64,000 bases of DNA from Marinicella sp. (GCA_965230295.1 OZ246001.1:3680001-3744000); one strand, 5' to 3'. Numbered from the stretch's first letter, positions 1 to 10,908 are shown. The notes: a model not told the origin generated them from the letters alone. A program made the numbers and translations.

Positions 1-828
1 GAACCAACCGATGACATTGGCTTTACAGGACATGAACATGACATCTTGACCAAGAATATTTACATGAAAGCAAGGTATTATGATCCTGAACGTGGCAGGT
101 TCATGACACCAGATCCGATTAGAGACACAAATAGTTATATTTCTGCGACAAACAACCTGTATCAATATGCGTTAAATAATCCAGTTAATAAAATAGACCT
201 CACGGGTCAATATTCAGATGACCCGCCGTCGCAAGTTAATTCTGAAGATGATCCGCCGCCTCCATACAGGCGCAGCAAAGCCAATCCAAGAGCACAAAGA
301 GTTGCAAACGAGAAATCATTTAAAAAGTGGCTGGCCGAAAATGATCCTTCTGGTCTGATGTTTTTTGAACAAATGGAAGTGAAGCAGCACCAGTGGGAAA
401 TAGAAAAATATTTGAATGATGTTGGTGCAAACCCCAAGAACCCGCCTTTGGCAGTTAAGTTGGCCATTTGGCTTTTTATTGATAAAAATGCCCATTCAGA
501 CTGGGAGAGATGGACTATTGAAAGTGACGAAAACTCAAAAAGAGAAGCACAGTGGTATGGGTTTATTAATAAAGCAAAACTCTCGAAAGGAACAACTTTT
601 GTATATGAGGCATTGCCAACTTCAATGGGAGGTTGGACTCCTGAATATGCAGCATTCGTAAAAGAAAGACATTCAATCTTGGAGAAAAAACATTTTAAAA
701 CATATAGGCAAGGACAAGCAATGGGTAAAACTGCAAATGTTATTACATTTGCAGGCTTGCCAATACCCGGTGTAGATGAAAGGTTGAAACTGGTTGGGGC
801 AATACTGATTGAATTGATAACAGATTAA
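1..828 (+). CDS. RHS repeat-associated core plus C-terminal domain (5' part outside window)
   Basis: Frame is open from base 1: GFTGHEHD...YMKARYYDPERGRFMTPDP...NLYQYALNNPVNKIDLTG, the classic RHS core and cleavage motif, then about 200 aa of unrecognised sequence. Confidence 0.9.
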   Translation, partial: EPTDDIGFTGHEHDILTKNIYMKARYYDPERGRFMTPDPIRDTNSYISATNNLYQYALNNPVNKIDLTGQYSDDPPSQVNSEDDPPPPYRRSKANPRAQRVANEKSFKKWLAENDPSGLMFFEQMEVKQHQWEIEKYLNDVGANPKNPPLAVKLAIWLFIDKNAHSDWERWTIESDENSKREAQWYGFINKAKLSKGTTFVYEALPTSMGGWTPEYAAFVKERHSILEKKHFKTYRQGQAMGKTANVITFAGLPIPGVDERLKLVGAILIELITD

Positions 829-3800
829 TGGATAAGGTAATGATAAAAATTAAATTAATAAAAAGTAAGCTGTTGGCCATGGTGCTGATAATGATAGTTC
901 CATTTTCAAATTCGTACTCAGAAATTCACTCGCTCACATCGGCTTCGAATCAAATTGGTGAAACTTCTTCAATGAAAGGAGTTAAGTATAATGAGTATTC
1001 TGGTGCAATCAAAATAATTGGTGAATCATTGAAGTTCAAAGAGCTTAGGTTGCCTATCACTTTTTCACAGTCTGATGAGCAAAAATATACCAGATTGGGA
1101 ATGAACAATGATATTCCTGTTTCTTATGGAAATGAACATTTTGTTTTAAGCGAAACATTTGCGGCAGGATGGGATATTGGTTTTGGCTATCTTCAAGTGA
1201 AAAGGCCAAAAACTGAGCAAACCATAACCGATTGCACTGAGCTCGCAACACTGGATCCAAGTTTAGAATGCTCGGCTGCCAGAGGTCTTATCGAATACAT
1301 TTCTCCTGAAGGTGGTAGAAGTGAATTTGTGAGAGATTATTTGTTTACTGATTATGAATCAGAAACAGAACAAATAATTGGCGATGTGCGATTTATAGAT
1401 AAAAATTTAAGAAGAATATTAACTTCAAAAAGTTCAAGTACTCATTTCACAAGTAACTCGTATTTAATGCTTTTACCTGATGGTAAGAAAATTGTTTTTG
1501 AACCTGTTTTTCAACTGGCAGAAAATGACCCTGAATTAAGCGTGATGAGGTTTTACCCTACTCAAATCATTTCTCCTATTGGAGAAGAGTTTAAAATAAA
1601 GTATTTAAATGGTCTTAGAAAAGAGTTACCAGCAAATTTCGATTCATCTACATTGGCTGAAAATCTCAATACCAACCAATTGTTACAACTGGATTTTTTT
1701 AATTCACGGATATCGGAAGTTTCTGACAATACCGGCAGGAAAATATTAATCAACTACTCTGAATACCCTGTTACTGATTCTCCTCTTAAAAACCTGAGAC
1801 CGAAGGAGATTTTTCTAGATAACAGTCCCACCCCTGTAAGGACTTTTGAATACGGGGTTATTAAAGTTGGAACCATGGATATCAACCATGTGGTTTTGAA
1901 AAGCATTACTTACAAAGATGGCAATGTTAAAAGTTTCGATTTTGAGAATGATCCCGGGTCCATTTACTCCAGCGGGAACAAAGCAAGACCCTATTTAAAT
2001 CGTTCCTATAACAGTGATGGGTCGTATGTGGAAATTGAATACAGTCCCTTGTCTGACAAATACTGCGAAATTCAAAGAACAGGTTTTTCAACAGGTCTGG
2101 TGAAATCTATATTAACCACGAAAATTGACTCTATTAAGGCGTATGATGCCAACAGCGTTTTGGATAAAGGCTATGAGTTCAGTTATATTGAAAACACTGG
2201 GCTGAACTTAAATGATCATTTCATTATCACAAAATCTTCTTTGGATGATACTGAACTTGTTACAACAAGTTATTTATCAGAACCGGTAGGGGAGACTTTT
2301 GACTGCATGAGTGGACAAGGAAACAGTGCAATTTGTTGTGATGTGAAAGTAGGAAATCAATCAGGTAATTCGGTTTTTCAGTATCTAACAACGGCACGGA
2401 AACAGGTTAATGGTTCAAAAATATCAAGAGTAACAAAATATATTAATAATGAAAATCAAAGCTCCAGCATGACTGAGAAGTGGTACTACATCAATGACAT
2501 GCGTTATGTGGGAAATGACCAGATCACTCCTATCTTTTCAAACAACTCATTACCAGTAAATAGAATTATCCAGGATAACGGGATTTTGGCACCTGGCCCT
2601 TTTCTGAAACAGTACTCATTTAAATATGATAATGCTTATAAATATGATAACAGTGAAATTTGGCACAATAAAAAATACACATATTTTTTTGATGAAGATC
2701 AAAGTGTACTTCATGGTTCCTCAGAGCTATCTATTAGAGACATGCTGAAAGTGTCAGATGAGACGAGTTGGGTGGAAAAAAAGCAAGCTGGTGTTGATCC
2801 TTCATTTCAACCGTCGACACAAAATTTGATAACTAAATTTCATTTTGACAATACAGTGAAGCATGAGCCTGATGATTTTGTGATAGATGAGTTTAAGTAT
2901 TGGTTCAATGACTATAACCAAAAAGAAGTTTTATATAACTTTATCAATATGAATCTAAGCCCTGTCAGTGCGCTCATATCAAAAACGGAAAGAAACTATC
3001 ACCCAGATTTTCCCAGAACCACAGAGTTTATCAACTATTCACTCGAAAACGAACAGACATCGCTGCACACAGAATATTACGACAGTTCCACAGGTCATCA
3101 GAAGAATGATGAACATTTTGGGTTCCCCATATACACGTATAGAACCAATGATTTATTTAAAGATTATTATAAAGATTATAAATATGGATTACCAAAAACG
3201 ACAATCAACAATCAGAATGCTACAGATGGGTCTGAAAATTTAGTGCTCTCTGATTTCAACCATGAAGGTCAACTATCAGTACATGCAAGTAATGGTGAAG
3301 TTAAAAAGTACGATTATGGATTGGATGGAAGGGTTACTCAGATTGACTCTGGAACGGCTGTGATCAGCTATCAATATAACGAGCCAAATAGTGAAGATTT
3401 GTGGGTTAAAACATCTAAAGATGGTGTGTTGATAGAGCAGGTGGATTTTGATCACTTCAAACGTGTCGTCAAGAAGTCAACAATGTTTCATGATAATTCC
3501 GTTCACTTGACAATCAATGAATATGACAGCGCTGGCAGATTAATCGGTTTGACTAATCCACTTGGCGGTTTTCATAAAAATGTATACGATGTCACAGGAA
3601 GGTTAATCAAAAAAGAACATTATGATAAAAATTGTAATTTGCATTCAGATTGCAATTTAATGAAAAGCGAATTGATCAATTATGATTACACACAGGAATT
3701 TCCCTATTATGAGACTACGGAAACCATTACATATGAAAACGGTTCTGAATTCAAAGTTATCAGAATTGAAGAAAATGATTTGATTGGAAGACCTATTAAA

Positions 3801-6800
3801 ACGCAGTCAATGAAAGAATCTGTGAGTTCAAATCAAAGGTCAGAGATTACTGGAACGGAGTTTTCTTATGATTACCGAAACTCAAGTGAAGATGGTTCTA
3901 ATTCAAAACTACATGTCTCAAAACAGAAATCTATTTTAAATCCCTTAATGGTGCGTGAGTTTGGGTATGATTTAATAAACCAAACAAGATGGGAAAAACA
4001 CCCTGAGATTAACCAGAATGATGTTGTTTCTTATAAATATAATAACAAGGGGATGCTTGTACAAAAAGATACCCCTGCTAAATCATTCACATTTGAATAT
4101 GATGCTGCTCACAGGCTAGTAGGCGTAAAAGATGAACTGGATGAAGAAAATAATCTGATTGATTTTATATATGATGAATTCAATAATGTTGTTGAACAGT
4201 CTATAAATCTATATGGAAAAAAAGTAAAAACCATATTTGAAAATTTTGATGAGAATAATAGACCAGGTAAAGTCATCACAGAAATTCCTGATGTTTTACC
4301 TCCAGCTACAGATTTATTTCCTGATAAATACTGGTTACTAGCACCAACATTAAACCTGAATTGGGATCCAAACCCGGCTGATTCCTATACCGTGTTACTC
4401 AAAAGATCAGATGCCAATATGGCATTAAGGTTTGAGTCTTTGTTACAAGATGACATCAGAATCACTCCCGAAAAGATCATTTCCTCAATAAGAGATATTA
4501 AACGAGATCATAGATTTGAAGCCACAAAATATGAGCAAGCTTTGGGTGAAGGATATTTGTTAAAACCGGAATTTTCTTATTCGTGGAGGGTATTATCAAA
4601 TTCAAATAATGGAGAGCCTATTTTTCCCAGTGAATGGATTCCTTTAACAAATCCCATCAATCCAAGCGACTGTCATATTGGTTTCTTTAACGTAGAAAAT
4701 GGGTTGAATGAGGGAGCGCTGGTTGAATGGGAAGCCAGGAACTGCGATAAAAACCTACATGTTTTGCAAGTTTTTGCTTCTACTGCAAATGACAGTGAGA
4801 TATCCGGTGAATGTCAGTTTGACAATGCGGAGTATTCAGCACATATGGTAGGCCGTGAAAGAGCATTGTTTATGTTGAATGGCTACGACATGGTGGATGG
4901 GATGCCTGTATTCGCTGCGAATCCTGCATCACCACAATGCAGCGGTGTAAATAGTGCTGAATTCTGGGCTGTATTGAAGGACAAAACATCTGGCGAAATC
5001 ATTCATGAATGGTCGAGAAGAGAAGGGCGTGTCATCAGTGGTCAGGTTTGTTCTCTTAGAAATGTAAATGTGATTCATGGCCTTTCTGGCAGAGCACCGA
5101 TCATCAGTTGGTATGCAGAGAATTGTGACAATAACACTTTGCAGGTTTTGGTAGACAGTCAATACAATTCAGAACGACCCGAATGTCTGTTGGAGAAATG
5201 GCATTGGATAGAAGCAGAACAACTTGGAATGGATGGACAAATCAGGGCTCACTTCATGTCAGAAGGTTATCAAAACAACGATGGTATAGCTTGCCCGCCC
5301 ATTGAAAAGACATCGTTATTGGTTAGAATTTTGGATGATTCTCAAAATGTTGTTGAAAGGTATCCATTTGAAGTGTTTGCATATCCAGACGATAGCCAAT
5401 GCAGGACACGTATTTTTAATGGTGGTTCAGCGCCAGGAATCGCACCATTAGTGGAGTGGGAAACCATTAACTGTGATGACTATGATGTAAGAGTGACACG
5501 AACCAGCGTTGGCGGAGTAGAGGACAGTCAATGCTTTTTACATAAAAACATCTGGAGTACTGTCAAAACTGGACCCAAGTTCGCTACATTCATGACAGAA
5601 GGCTTCGATAGAATTGGAACATTCTGCGAACCCCAGTATGAAATAGACTTCACGATTGAAGTGCTGGATCCCAATACAGGCTTAAGAATCAATGAGAATG
5701 ACAGTTACCACACATTAAGGGTTCAAACCAAAGGGCTTGAATACTCTGATTCTCAGGAGTGCCATATATTAAATTATGGCGTTTTCGATGGTTATGCCAA
5801 CTCGTCACCGATGGTTTCATGGAGCACAACTCCTGGCTGCGCCGGTGGAAAAGTAAATCTTAAAATCAACAGCTTACACCCGAACCCATCTGAAGGACTG
5901 GATCCGGTTTGTGAATTGAATGATGTCACCTGGCTTAGCCAACATTATGGTCCTGCTGCATTAGAGTTCGCAACTGTCGGTTATGATCAGAATTTTATAG
6001 ATGATGGCACACCAGGTTATCGATGCCCTAAAGACAATAATAATCAGACCACGACAATCAATGAATATGAAGTATGGGTTGAGGTAGTCAACAGTTTTGG
6101 GCATGTGGTCACTCAAACTGATAAAAAACCAGTTTACTACGAACCTCATATCAATCAAAACAACACAGGAGTTTGCTCGATCACACCAAATTCATTTGAA
6201 ATAATCAGCCAGGGTGGAGGTAATAACGCCCCAGCCATCAACTGGCAAACAGACTGTAATGTTGGTGGTAGGTATTCGGTCAATGTGTTGGCCAGTTCAC
6301 TGAGTGATGATGATCCAAACCCTCAACCCAGCAGGAACATGTTTGAGATAGCTGGTGCGCCATTTAATATTACACTTCCTGATTTATGTGGTTTCCAAAA
6401 TGTAACATTTGCTGCAGATGTGATGGGACCAAGACCTGCGTACTTTTTGAGGAATGGTTACCACAGCTACAGACACGACCACGAAAATATTTGTAATACG
6501 CACTCTGCTAAATTCCAGGTAGTCATTACAGATACAGTGACTGGAAATGTTATTGACATGACAGAACCATTACTGGTCAGCTATCAGGGTGAATATTCAA
6601 AAGATCCGTTGGTGGATAATTGTTTCCAGGACAGTTGCCATGAGCTGGATGATGATGCTAATACAAGTCTTTCTCAACCAGACAGTGGTTCAACAGCTGG
6701 TGTAATAGATAATCCTATTGCTACAGTGCAAGGCGTTGACTTGGTTGTTTCTCACTTATCCATATCAAATATCAATCCTTTCGTTGGAGATGAAGTGACG

Positions 6801-7484
6801 GTGAACTGGAAGATATTTAACAATGGAACTCAAACAGCTACATCTACTGACGTTTACTTTCAATTAAAGGGATACAGTAGTGCTTTACATGATATGACTG
6901 GAGTGATTGCACCACAACAAGAAGTTTCAATGAGTAAGACATTCATTGTGCCCGATGATTGGAGGGGCAGTGAAACAGTCTATGTGAAAGTAAATCACTC
7001 ACAAAGCTTATCAGAATCAAATTATGCAAACAACCTCGCTTTTTTATACCTTAATATCAGTGAGATGTTACCTGATATTGAGGTTGGGCTTTTTGAAATA
7101 ACTGGAGTTGATAGCATCAGTTTTACAAAAGCCATGAAGTGCTGGGACAGGGAAAACCCTATTTTACTCAATGCAGGTGGCACCTTAAGAATGTATGGTA
7201 CGATAATAAATGAAGGTATAATTTCTGTTCAAGAACAACAACATGCAGATAAATTCTTTGGGTACGATTTAACAAGTAATCAACCTTTAACCAATGTTCA
7301 GTTTCTCAATTTACCCGCAATTGATGTGGGCGAAATTGTATCAACTCCTTTAGAATTTACATTACCTAACAGTTTAAGTTCAGGCAATCTGATTAGGCTG
7401 GTTTATTTAGCTGACTATGCCAACCAAATCGCTGAAATAGATGAACTGAATAATGGTGCGGTTTGTTATTTAAAAATTCAATAA
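828..7484 (+). CDS. Large secreted RHS/YD-repeat protein with five Cys-rich modules and two C-terminal CARDB/Ig-like domains
   Basis: N-terminal hydrophobic signal; YD repeats (YDSAGRL, YDVTGRL, YDAAHRL); CARDB-like DLVV...ESNYANN and PDIEV...EIDELNN. The start overlaps the upstream stop (TAATG). Confidence 0.8.
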   Translation: MDKVMIKIKLIKSKLLAMVLIMIVPFSNSYSEIHSLTSASNQIGETSSMKGVKYNEYSGAIKIIGESLKFKELRLPITFSQSDEQKYTRLGMNNDIPVSYGNEHFVLSETFAAGWDIGFGYLQVKRPKTEQTITDCTELATLDPSLECSAARGLIEYISPEGGRSEFVRDYLFTDYESETEQIIGDVRFIDKNLRRILTSKSSSTHFTSNSYLMLLPDGKKIVFEPVFQLAENDPELSVMRFYPTQIISPIGEEFKIKYLNGLRKELPANFDSSTLAENLNTNQLLQLDFFNSRISEVSDNTGRKILINYSEYPVTDSPLKNLRPKEIFLDNSPTPVRTFEYGVIKVGTMDINHVVLKSITYKDGNVKSFDFENDPGSIYSSGNKARPYLNRSYNSDGSYVEIEYSPLSDKYCEIQRTGFSTGLVKSILTTKIDSIKAYDANSVLDKGYEFSYIENTGLNLNDHFIITKSSLDDTELVTTSYLSEPVGETFDCMSGQGNSAICCDVKVGNQSGNSVFQYLTTARKQVNGSKISRVTKYINNENQSSSMTEKWYYINDMRYVGNDQITPIFSNNSLPVNRIIQDNGILAPGPFLKQYSFKYDNAYKYDNSEIWHNKKYTYFFDEDQSVLHGSSELSIRDMLKVSDETSWVEKKQAGVDPSFQPSTQNLITKFHFDNTVKHEPDDFVIDEFKYWFNDYNQKEVLYNFINMNLSPVSALISKTERNYHPDFPRTTEFINYSLENEQTSLHTEYYDSSTGHQKNDEHFGFPIYTYRTNDLFKDYYKDYKYGLPKTTINNQNATDGSENLVLSDFNHEGQLSVHASNGEVKKYDYGLDGRVTQIDSGTAVISYQYNEPNSEDLWVKTSKDGVLIEQVDFDHFKRVVKKSTMFHDNSVHLTINEYDSAGRLIGLTNPLGGFHKNVYDVTGRLIKKEHYDKNCNLHSDCNLMKSELINYDYTQEFPYYETTETITYENGSEFKVIRIEENDLIGRPIKTQSMKESVSSNQRSEITGTEFSYDYRNSSEDGSNSKLHVSKQKSILNPLMVREFGYDLINQTRWEKHPEINQNDVVSYKYNNKGMLVQKDTPAKSFTFEYDAAHRLVGVKDELDEENNLIDFIYDEFNNVVEQSINLYGKKVKTIFENFDENNRPGKVITEIPDVLPPATDLFPDKYWLLAPTLNLNWDPNPADSYTVLLKRSDANMALRFESLLQDDIRITPEKIISSIRDIKRDHRFEATKYEQALGEGYLLKPEFSYSWRVLSNSNNGEPIFPSEWIPLTNPINPSDCHIGFFNVENGLNEGALVEWEARNCDKNLHVLQVFASTANDSEISGECQFDNAEYSAHMVGRERALFMLNGYDMVDGMPVFAANPASPQCSGVNSAEFWAVLKDKTSGEIIHEWSRREGRVISGQVCSLRNVNVIHGLSGRAPIISWYAENCDNNTLQVLVDSQYNSERPECLLEKWHWIEAEQLGMDGQIRAHFMSEGYQNNDGIACPPIEKTSLLVRILDDSQNVVERYPFEVFAYPDDSQCRTRIFNGGSAPGIAPLVEWETINCDDYDVRVTRTSVGGVEDSQCFLHKNIWSTVKTGPKFATFMTEGFDRIGTFCEPQYEIDFTIEVLDPNTGLRINENDSYHTLRVQTKGLEYSDSQECHILNYGVFDGYANSSPMVSWSTTPGCAGGKVNLKINSLHPNPSEGLDPVCELNDVTWLSQHYGPAALEFATVGYDQNFIDDGTPGYRCPKDNNNQTTTINEYEVWVEVVNSFGHVVTQTDKKPVYYEPHINQNNTGVCSITPNSFEIISQGGGNNAPAINWQTDCNVGGRYSVNVLASSLSDDDPNPQPSRNMFEIAGAPFNITLPDLCGFQNVTFAADVMGPRPAYFLRNGYHSYRHDHENICNTHSAKFQVVITDTVTGNVIDMTEPLLVSYQGEYSKDPLVDNCFQDSCHELDDDANTSLSQPDSGSTAGVIDNPIATVQGVDLVVSHLSISNINPFVGDEVTVNWKIFNNGTQTATSTDVYFQLKGYSSALHDMTGVIAPQQEVSMSKTFIVPDDWRGSETVYVKVNHSQSLSESNYANNLAFLYLNISEMLPDIEVGLFEITGVDSISFTKAMKCWDRENPILLNAGGTLRMYGTIINEGIISVQEQQHADKFFGYDLTSNQPLTNVQFLNLPAIDVGEIVSTPLEFTLPNSLSSGNLIRLVYLADYANQIAEIDELNNGAVCYLKIQ

Positions 7485-7501
7485 AATTTGATAGGACTAG
7501 G

Positions 7502-7532
7502 TTAACTGCTGGTCACATAAACCGGCAGTTAA
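7502..7532 (+). terminator. Stem-loop, probable terminator
   Basis: TTAACTGCTGGT-7nt-ACCGGCAGTTAA just after the stop codon. Confidence 0.6.
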
Positions 7533-7731
7533 TTCCTACTTGCATTAAAATTTCATTGAATAAAATATTTCTCTCAATTTTTTAAATTAAAAGGGCAGAT
7601 TTAATTGAAACAGAGAATTATCTAGACTCGAATTTTTATATGCTACAAAGAATAGGGTAATGTGAATCTTTGATTTAATAACGTCCTTTAATTTCATATC
7701 CTTGCTATATAACCATCTCAACCTTTTATCC

Positions 7732-7776
7732 TTGACATAAATAGACACTGTCAATAATATAGTTGCATATTGCAAC
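7732..7776 (+). promoter_or_regulatory. Sigma70-like promoter and palindromic operator of the MarR-family gene
   Basis: TTGACA (7732)-17 bp-TAATAT, followed by GTTGCA-TAT-TGCAAC (7762-7776). Confidence 0.6.
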
Positions 7777-7788
7777 CAATACCTAGAT

Positions 7789-8232
7789 ATGATCAACCAA
7801 TCAATAGAATATAACTCAACCTCAAGGCTGGTGAGTCTTTTGGAAAGACACTCTATTGCACACTTAAAAAGATCTTTGAGCTCCAGTAACTTAAATATCA
7901 CTGTGGAGGAATGGAAGGTATTGTTTTACTTGTGGTATGAAGATGGTTTGAATCAAAATGACATAGCTGCTCGAGCCAATAAAGAAAAAAGTACGATCAC
8001 CAGAAAGATTGATTCACTTGAGAAAAAAGGGTTTGTGAAGAGGATTACGTGTGATTCTGATGCCAGAAACAAAAAAATTGAGCTGACAGAAAAAGGGAAA
8101 TCAATAGAACAACAATCGATGGATTTGGCCAATGAAATCACACTATCTATGGAGCAAGGTATTCCCGATAATGAGATTTTATTCTTCAAAAAAATTCTGA
8201 AATCAATGATCGGAAATTTACAGCTTAATTGA
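7789..8232 (+). CDS. MarR-family transcriptional regulator
   Basis: 147 aa; wHTH KSTITRKIDSLEKKGFVKR and DARNKKIELTEKG. Confidence 0.92.
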   Translation: MINQSIEYNSTSRLVSLLERHSIAHLKRSLSSSNLNITVEEWKVLFYLWYEDGLNQNDIAARANKEKSTITRKIDSLEKKGFVKRITCDSDARNKKIELTEKGKSIEQQSMDLANEITLSMEQGIPDNEILFFKKILKSMIGNLQLN

Positions 8233-8278
8233 AGATTATTATGTATCAGTACATTGAAAACTATTTTTTACGTCATTA

Positions 8279-8293
8279 GTTGCAAAATACAAC
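8279..8293. promoter_or_regulatory. Second copy of the putative MarR operator
   Basis: GTTGCA-AAA-TACAAC upstream of the dipeptidase gene, matching 7762-7776. Confidence 0.55.
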
Positions 8294-8341
8294 TTTTATT
8301 ATCTTAACATAAAAACTGAAATGCCAATGAGGGTTTTTAAT

Positions 8342-9529
8342 ATGAAACACAACAGAAGAAATTTTATCAAAATGGCTGGAGCGACCTCAGTTTCAGCCTT
8401 GCTCTTTAATTCCGGGTCATTGATGGCTTCAAACAATCAATCCAATGTTGTAGACCTTTCTCAGAAGTATTCAGCGAGGGCCATAGAAGTGGTTTCTCAA
8501 TCAACAAATATAGATATGTTGGCAACTTTTGAAGATTGGTTTAACCAAAGAAACGGCGTTCCATTAGGGAAAGTTTGGAATACGGTTCCAAATTCATTCA
8601 CCAAGCAAGATTTTGATCTTGTAAAAAGTTGTGGCATAGATATTTTTGGGTGGGGCAGCATGAAACCCAGCTTCGAAGACATGCTGATGTTCATCGCATC
8701 ACAAAATGGAATCATTGCATCTAATTCAGAATATTTTCAAAGAATTGATAGCGCTGCTTCGTTCACAGAAATGAGAAAGCGTAACAAAATTGGTATGCTG
8801 ATAAGCAACCAGAACTCAAGCCATTTCAGAGATGTAGATGATGTGAATTTATTTCATGGTTTGGGGCAACGAGTATCCCAGTTGACTTATAACGGGAAGA
8901 ATAGATTGGGTAATGGTGCATTTGATGATATGGACTCAGGAATAACTGAGTACGGGAAAAGGGTGGTTGAAAGGATGAATCTCGTTGGTATGGCGGTCGA
9001 TGTTTCTCACTGCGGTGACAAAACAACACTTGGTGGAATCGAAGCCAGTAGCTCACCCGTATTGATTACACATGGTGCTTGTCGTTCTATAGCCAAAGGT
9101 GTGGCCAGGGCCAAAACTGATGAAGCCATCAAAGCAATGGCCAAAACAGGAGGGGTTATTGGTATTCCTATATTGCGGTTTATGATCAGGGAAAAGGAAC
9201 CGGTCAGCTTAGATCATTTCTTGGATCACATTGACCATGTTGCTCAGTTGGTTGGCATTGAATATGTAGGAATCGGCAGCGATCAAGGGTTATACACTGA
9301 AGATTTTGGCCCTAAAGAATGGAGAAAGTCTCGTTTGGAAAATGCCCCTAAAAAATATCAAACACACACCAACAGTGATTACTTACTAACCATAGAAGGG
9401 TTGAATCACCCACATCGAACCTATGACATTGTCGAAGGTTTAATTAAACGGGAATATAAAGATTCAGATATTCAATTGGTACTGGGCGGTAATTTTGAAC
9501 GGGTTCTGAAAAAAATATTTACACATTAA
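8342..9529 (+). CDS. Tat-exported membrane dipeptidase (peptidase M19)
   Basis: NRRNFIK twin-arginine signal; QLTYN, VDVSH, ITHG, HIDHV, GIGSD, LGGNF motifs. Confidence 0.9.
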   Translation: MKHNRRNFIKMAGATSVSALLFNSGSLMASNNQSNVVDLSQKYSARAIEVVSQSTNIDMLATFEDWFNQRNGVPLGKVWNTVPNSFTKQDFDLVKSCGIDIFGWGSMKPSFEDMLMFIASQNGIIASNSEYFQRIDSAASFTEMRKRNKIGMLISNQNSSHFRDVDDVNLFHGLGQRVSQLTYNGKNRLGNGAFDDMDSGITEYGKRVVERMNLVGMAVDVSHCGDKTTLGGIEASSSPVLITHGACRSIAKGVARAKTDEAIKAMAKTGGVIGIPILRFMIREKEPVSLDHFLDHIDHVAQLVGIEYVGIGSDQGLYTEDFGPKEWRKSRLENAPKKYQTHTNSDYLLTIEGLNHPHRTYDIVEGLIKREYKDSDIQLVLGGNFERVLKKIFTH

Positions 9530-9543
9530 TTTAAGGTATTGCA

Positions 9544-10887
9544 ATGAAAAAACTACTGACTTTTACCGGCATAATCATACTTCTCTATATTCAACCAGGG
9601 CATTCTGAGAAACCAGCTTCAGATCAAAGTGTTTTGCTCAAAGACGGTCAAATCATAGATTTGGTGACAAATGACGTTCGAACAGGTGACATTTTAATCG
9701 AAGGAGAAAAGATATCCTTGATCAACACAGATCAGCAAAACAGCTTGTCCGCAGACGTTACTTATGATGTCAGTGGACATTTTATAATACCAGGCTTAAT
9801 CGACAACCATGTACACATCACCCACGGCAGTTATGATGATGCAAAGGAATTGCTTATCCTTGCTTTAAAAAATGGCGTCACTGGTGTCAGGGACATGGGT
9901 GGGGACGGCAGAATGCTGGTTTCATTGAAAAGGAATACTTTATTAAAGGAGTTTAATGGATCAGATGTGTATTTTTCAGCCATTATTGCCGGAGAAAAGT
10001 TTTTTGAAAATGACCCCAGACCTGCCAGTGTAGCCCTGGGTGCTACTGCAGGACAGGTGCCTTGGCAATGGTCCGTTAATGACAAAACAGATTTCGATGA
10101 CATTGTCGCTAAAAGCAAAGGATTGGGGGTCACGGCGATAAAAATATACACCGACGTCTCTCCAAAACAAATCAACAAAGTGACCAAAGCTGCAAAAAAA
10201 CAAGGTTTGAAAGTGTGGGCGCATGCTGCCATTGCACCTGGAAGGCCGATAGACATCATCAACTCTGGGGCCGATGCGGTTTCACATGTTGGAGATTTCC
10301 TTCAATATCAGGTTGTGGATGTCATAAAAGATCGATATGCCTTTAAAGAACCTCAAGATGCACAAGCGTATCGAGATTATGTCAATTCAGTGGATGTTGA
10401 AGGGAAGGACCCTGAGGTCATGAAAGTCATCAAAGGCATGCTGAAAAATGACACTGTCATGGATGCCACTTTGTGGGTGTATCAAAGGAAAGGCGAAGAA
10501 ACCCTGAATCGAGCACAACAAATGACCAAGCTTTTATATGACAACGGAGTGCAAATAGGTGCCGGTTCTGACAACCTGGCCAGTGAGGGAACAGTCAATC
10601 TACATACCGAACTTGAATTGTTGGTTGATGCTGGTTTATCAAATTTTGATGCATTGAAAGCAGCAACAGTCGTGAATGCAAATAGTATTGGAGTAGAAAA
10701 TGAGGTTGGTACCATCGAAGAAGGTAAGCTGGCTAACTTGGTTGTACTAGAAAAGAGTCCTTTGGAATCAATAAGTAACACAAGAAGTATAAAGTATGTT
10801 ATCAAAAGAGGCAAGGTGATTAATGGCGAATCTTCTGTGAATAAGGCTGATGCCAATACCGAAAAAAACCAGGCTCAAATTCAGTGA
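9544..10887 (+). CDS. Secreted amidohydrolase-family protein
   Basis: Signal peptide; PGLIDNHVH, GVTGVRDMG, IKIY, GSD, GKLANLV. Confidence 0.9.
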   Translation: MKKLLTFTGIIILLYIQPGHSEKPASDQSVLLKDGQIIDLVTNDVRTGDILIEGEKISLINTDQQNSLSADVTYDVSGHFIIPGLIDNHVHITHGSYDDAKELLILALKNGVTGVRDMGGDGRMLVSLKRNTLLKEFNGSDVYFSAIIAGEKFFENDPRPASVALGATAGQVPWQWSVNDKTDFDDIVAKSKGLGVTAIKIYTDVSPKQINKVTKAAKKQGLKVWAHAAIAPGRPIDIINSGADAVSHVGDFLQYQVVDVIKDRYAFKEPQDAQAYRDYVNSVDVEGKDPEVMKVIKGMLKNDTVMDATLWVYQRKGEETLNRAQQMTKLLYDNGVQIGAGSDNLASEGTVNLHTELELLVDAGLSNFDALKAATVVNANSIGVENEVGTIEEGKLANLVVLEKSPLESISNTRSIKYVIKRGKVINGESSVNKADANTEKNQAQIQ

Positions 10888-10908
10888 CTCCATACCCTCT
10901 TGATTGGC

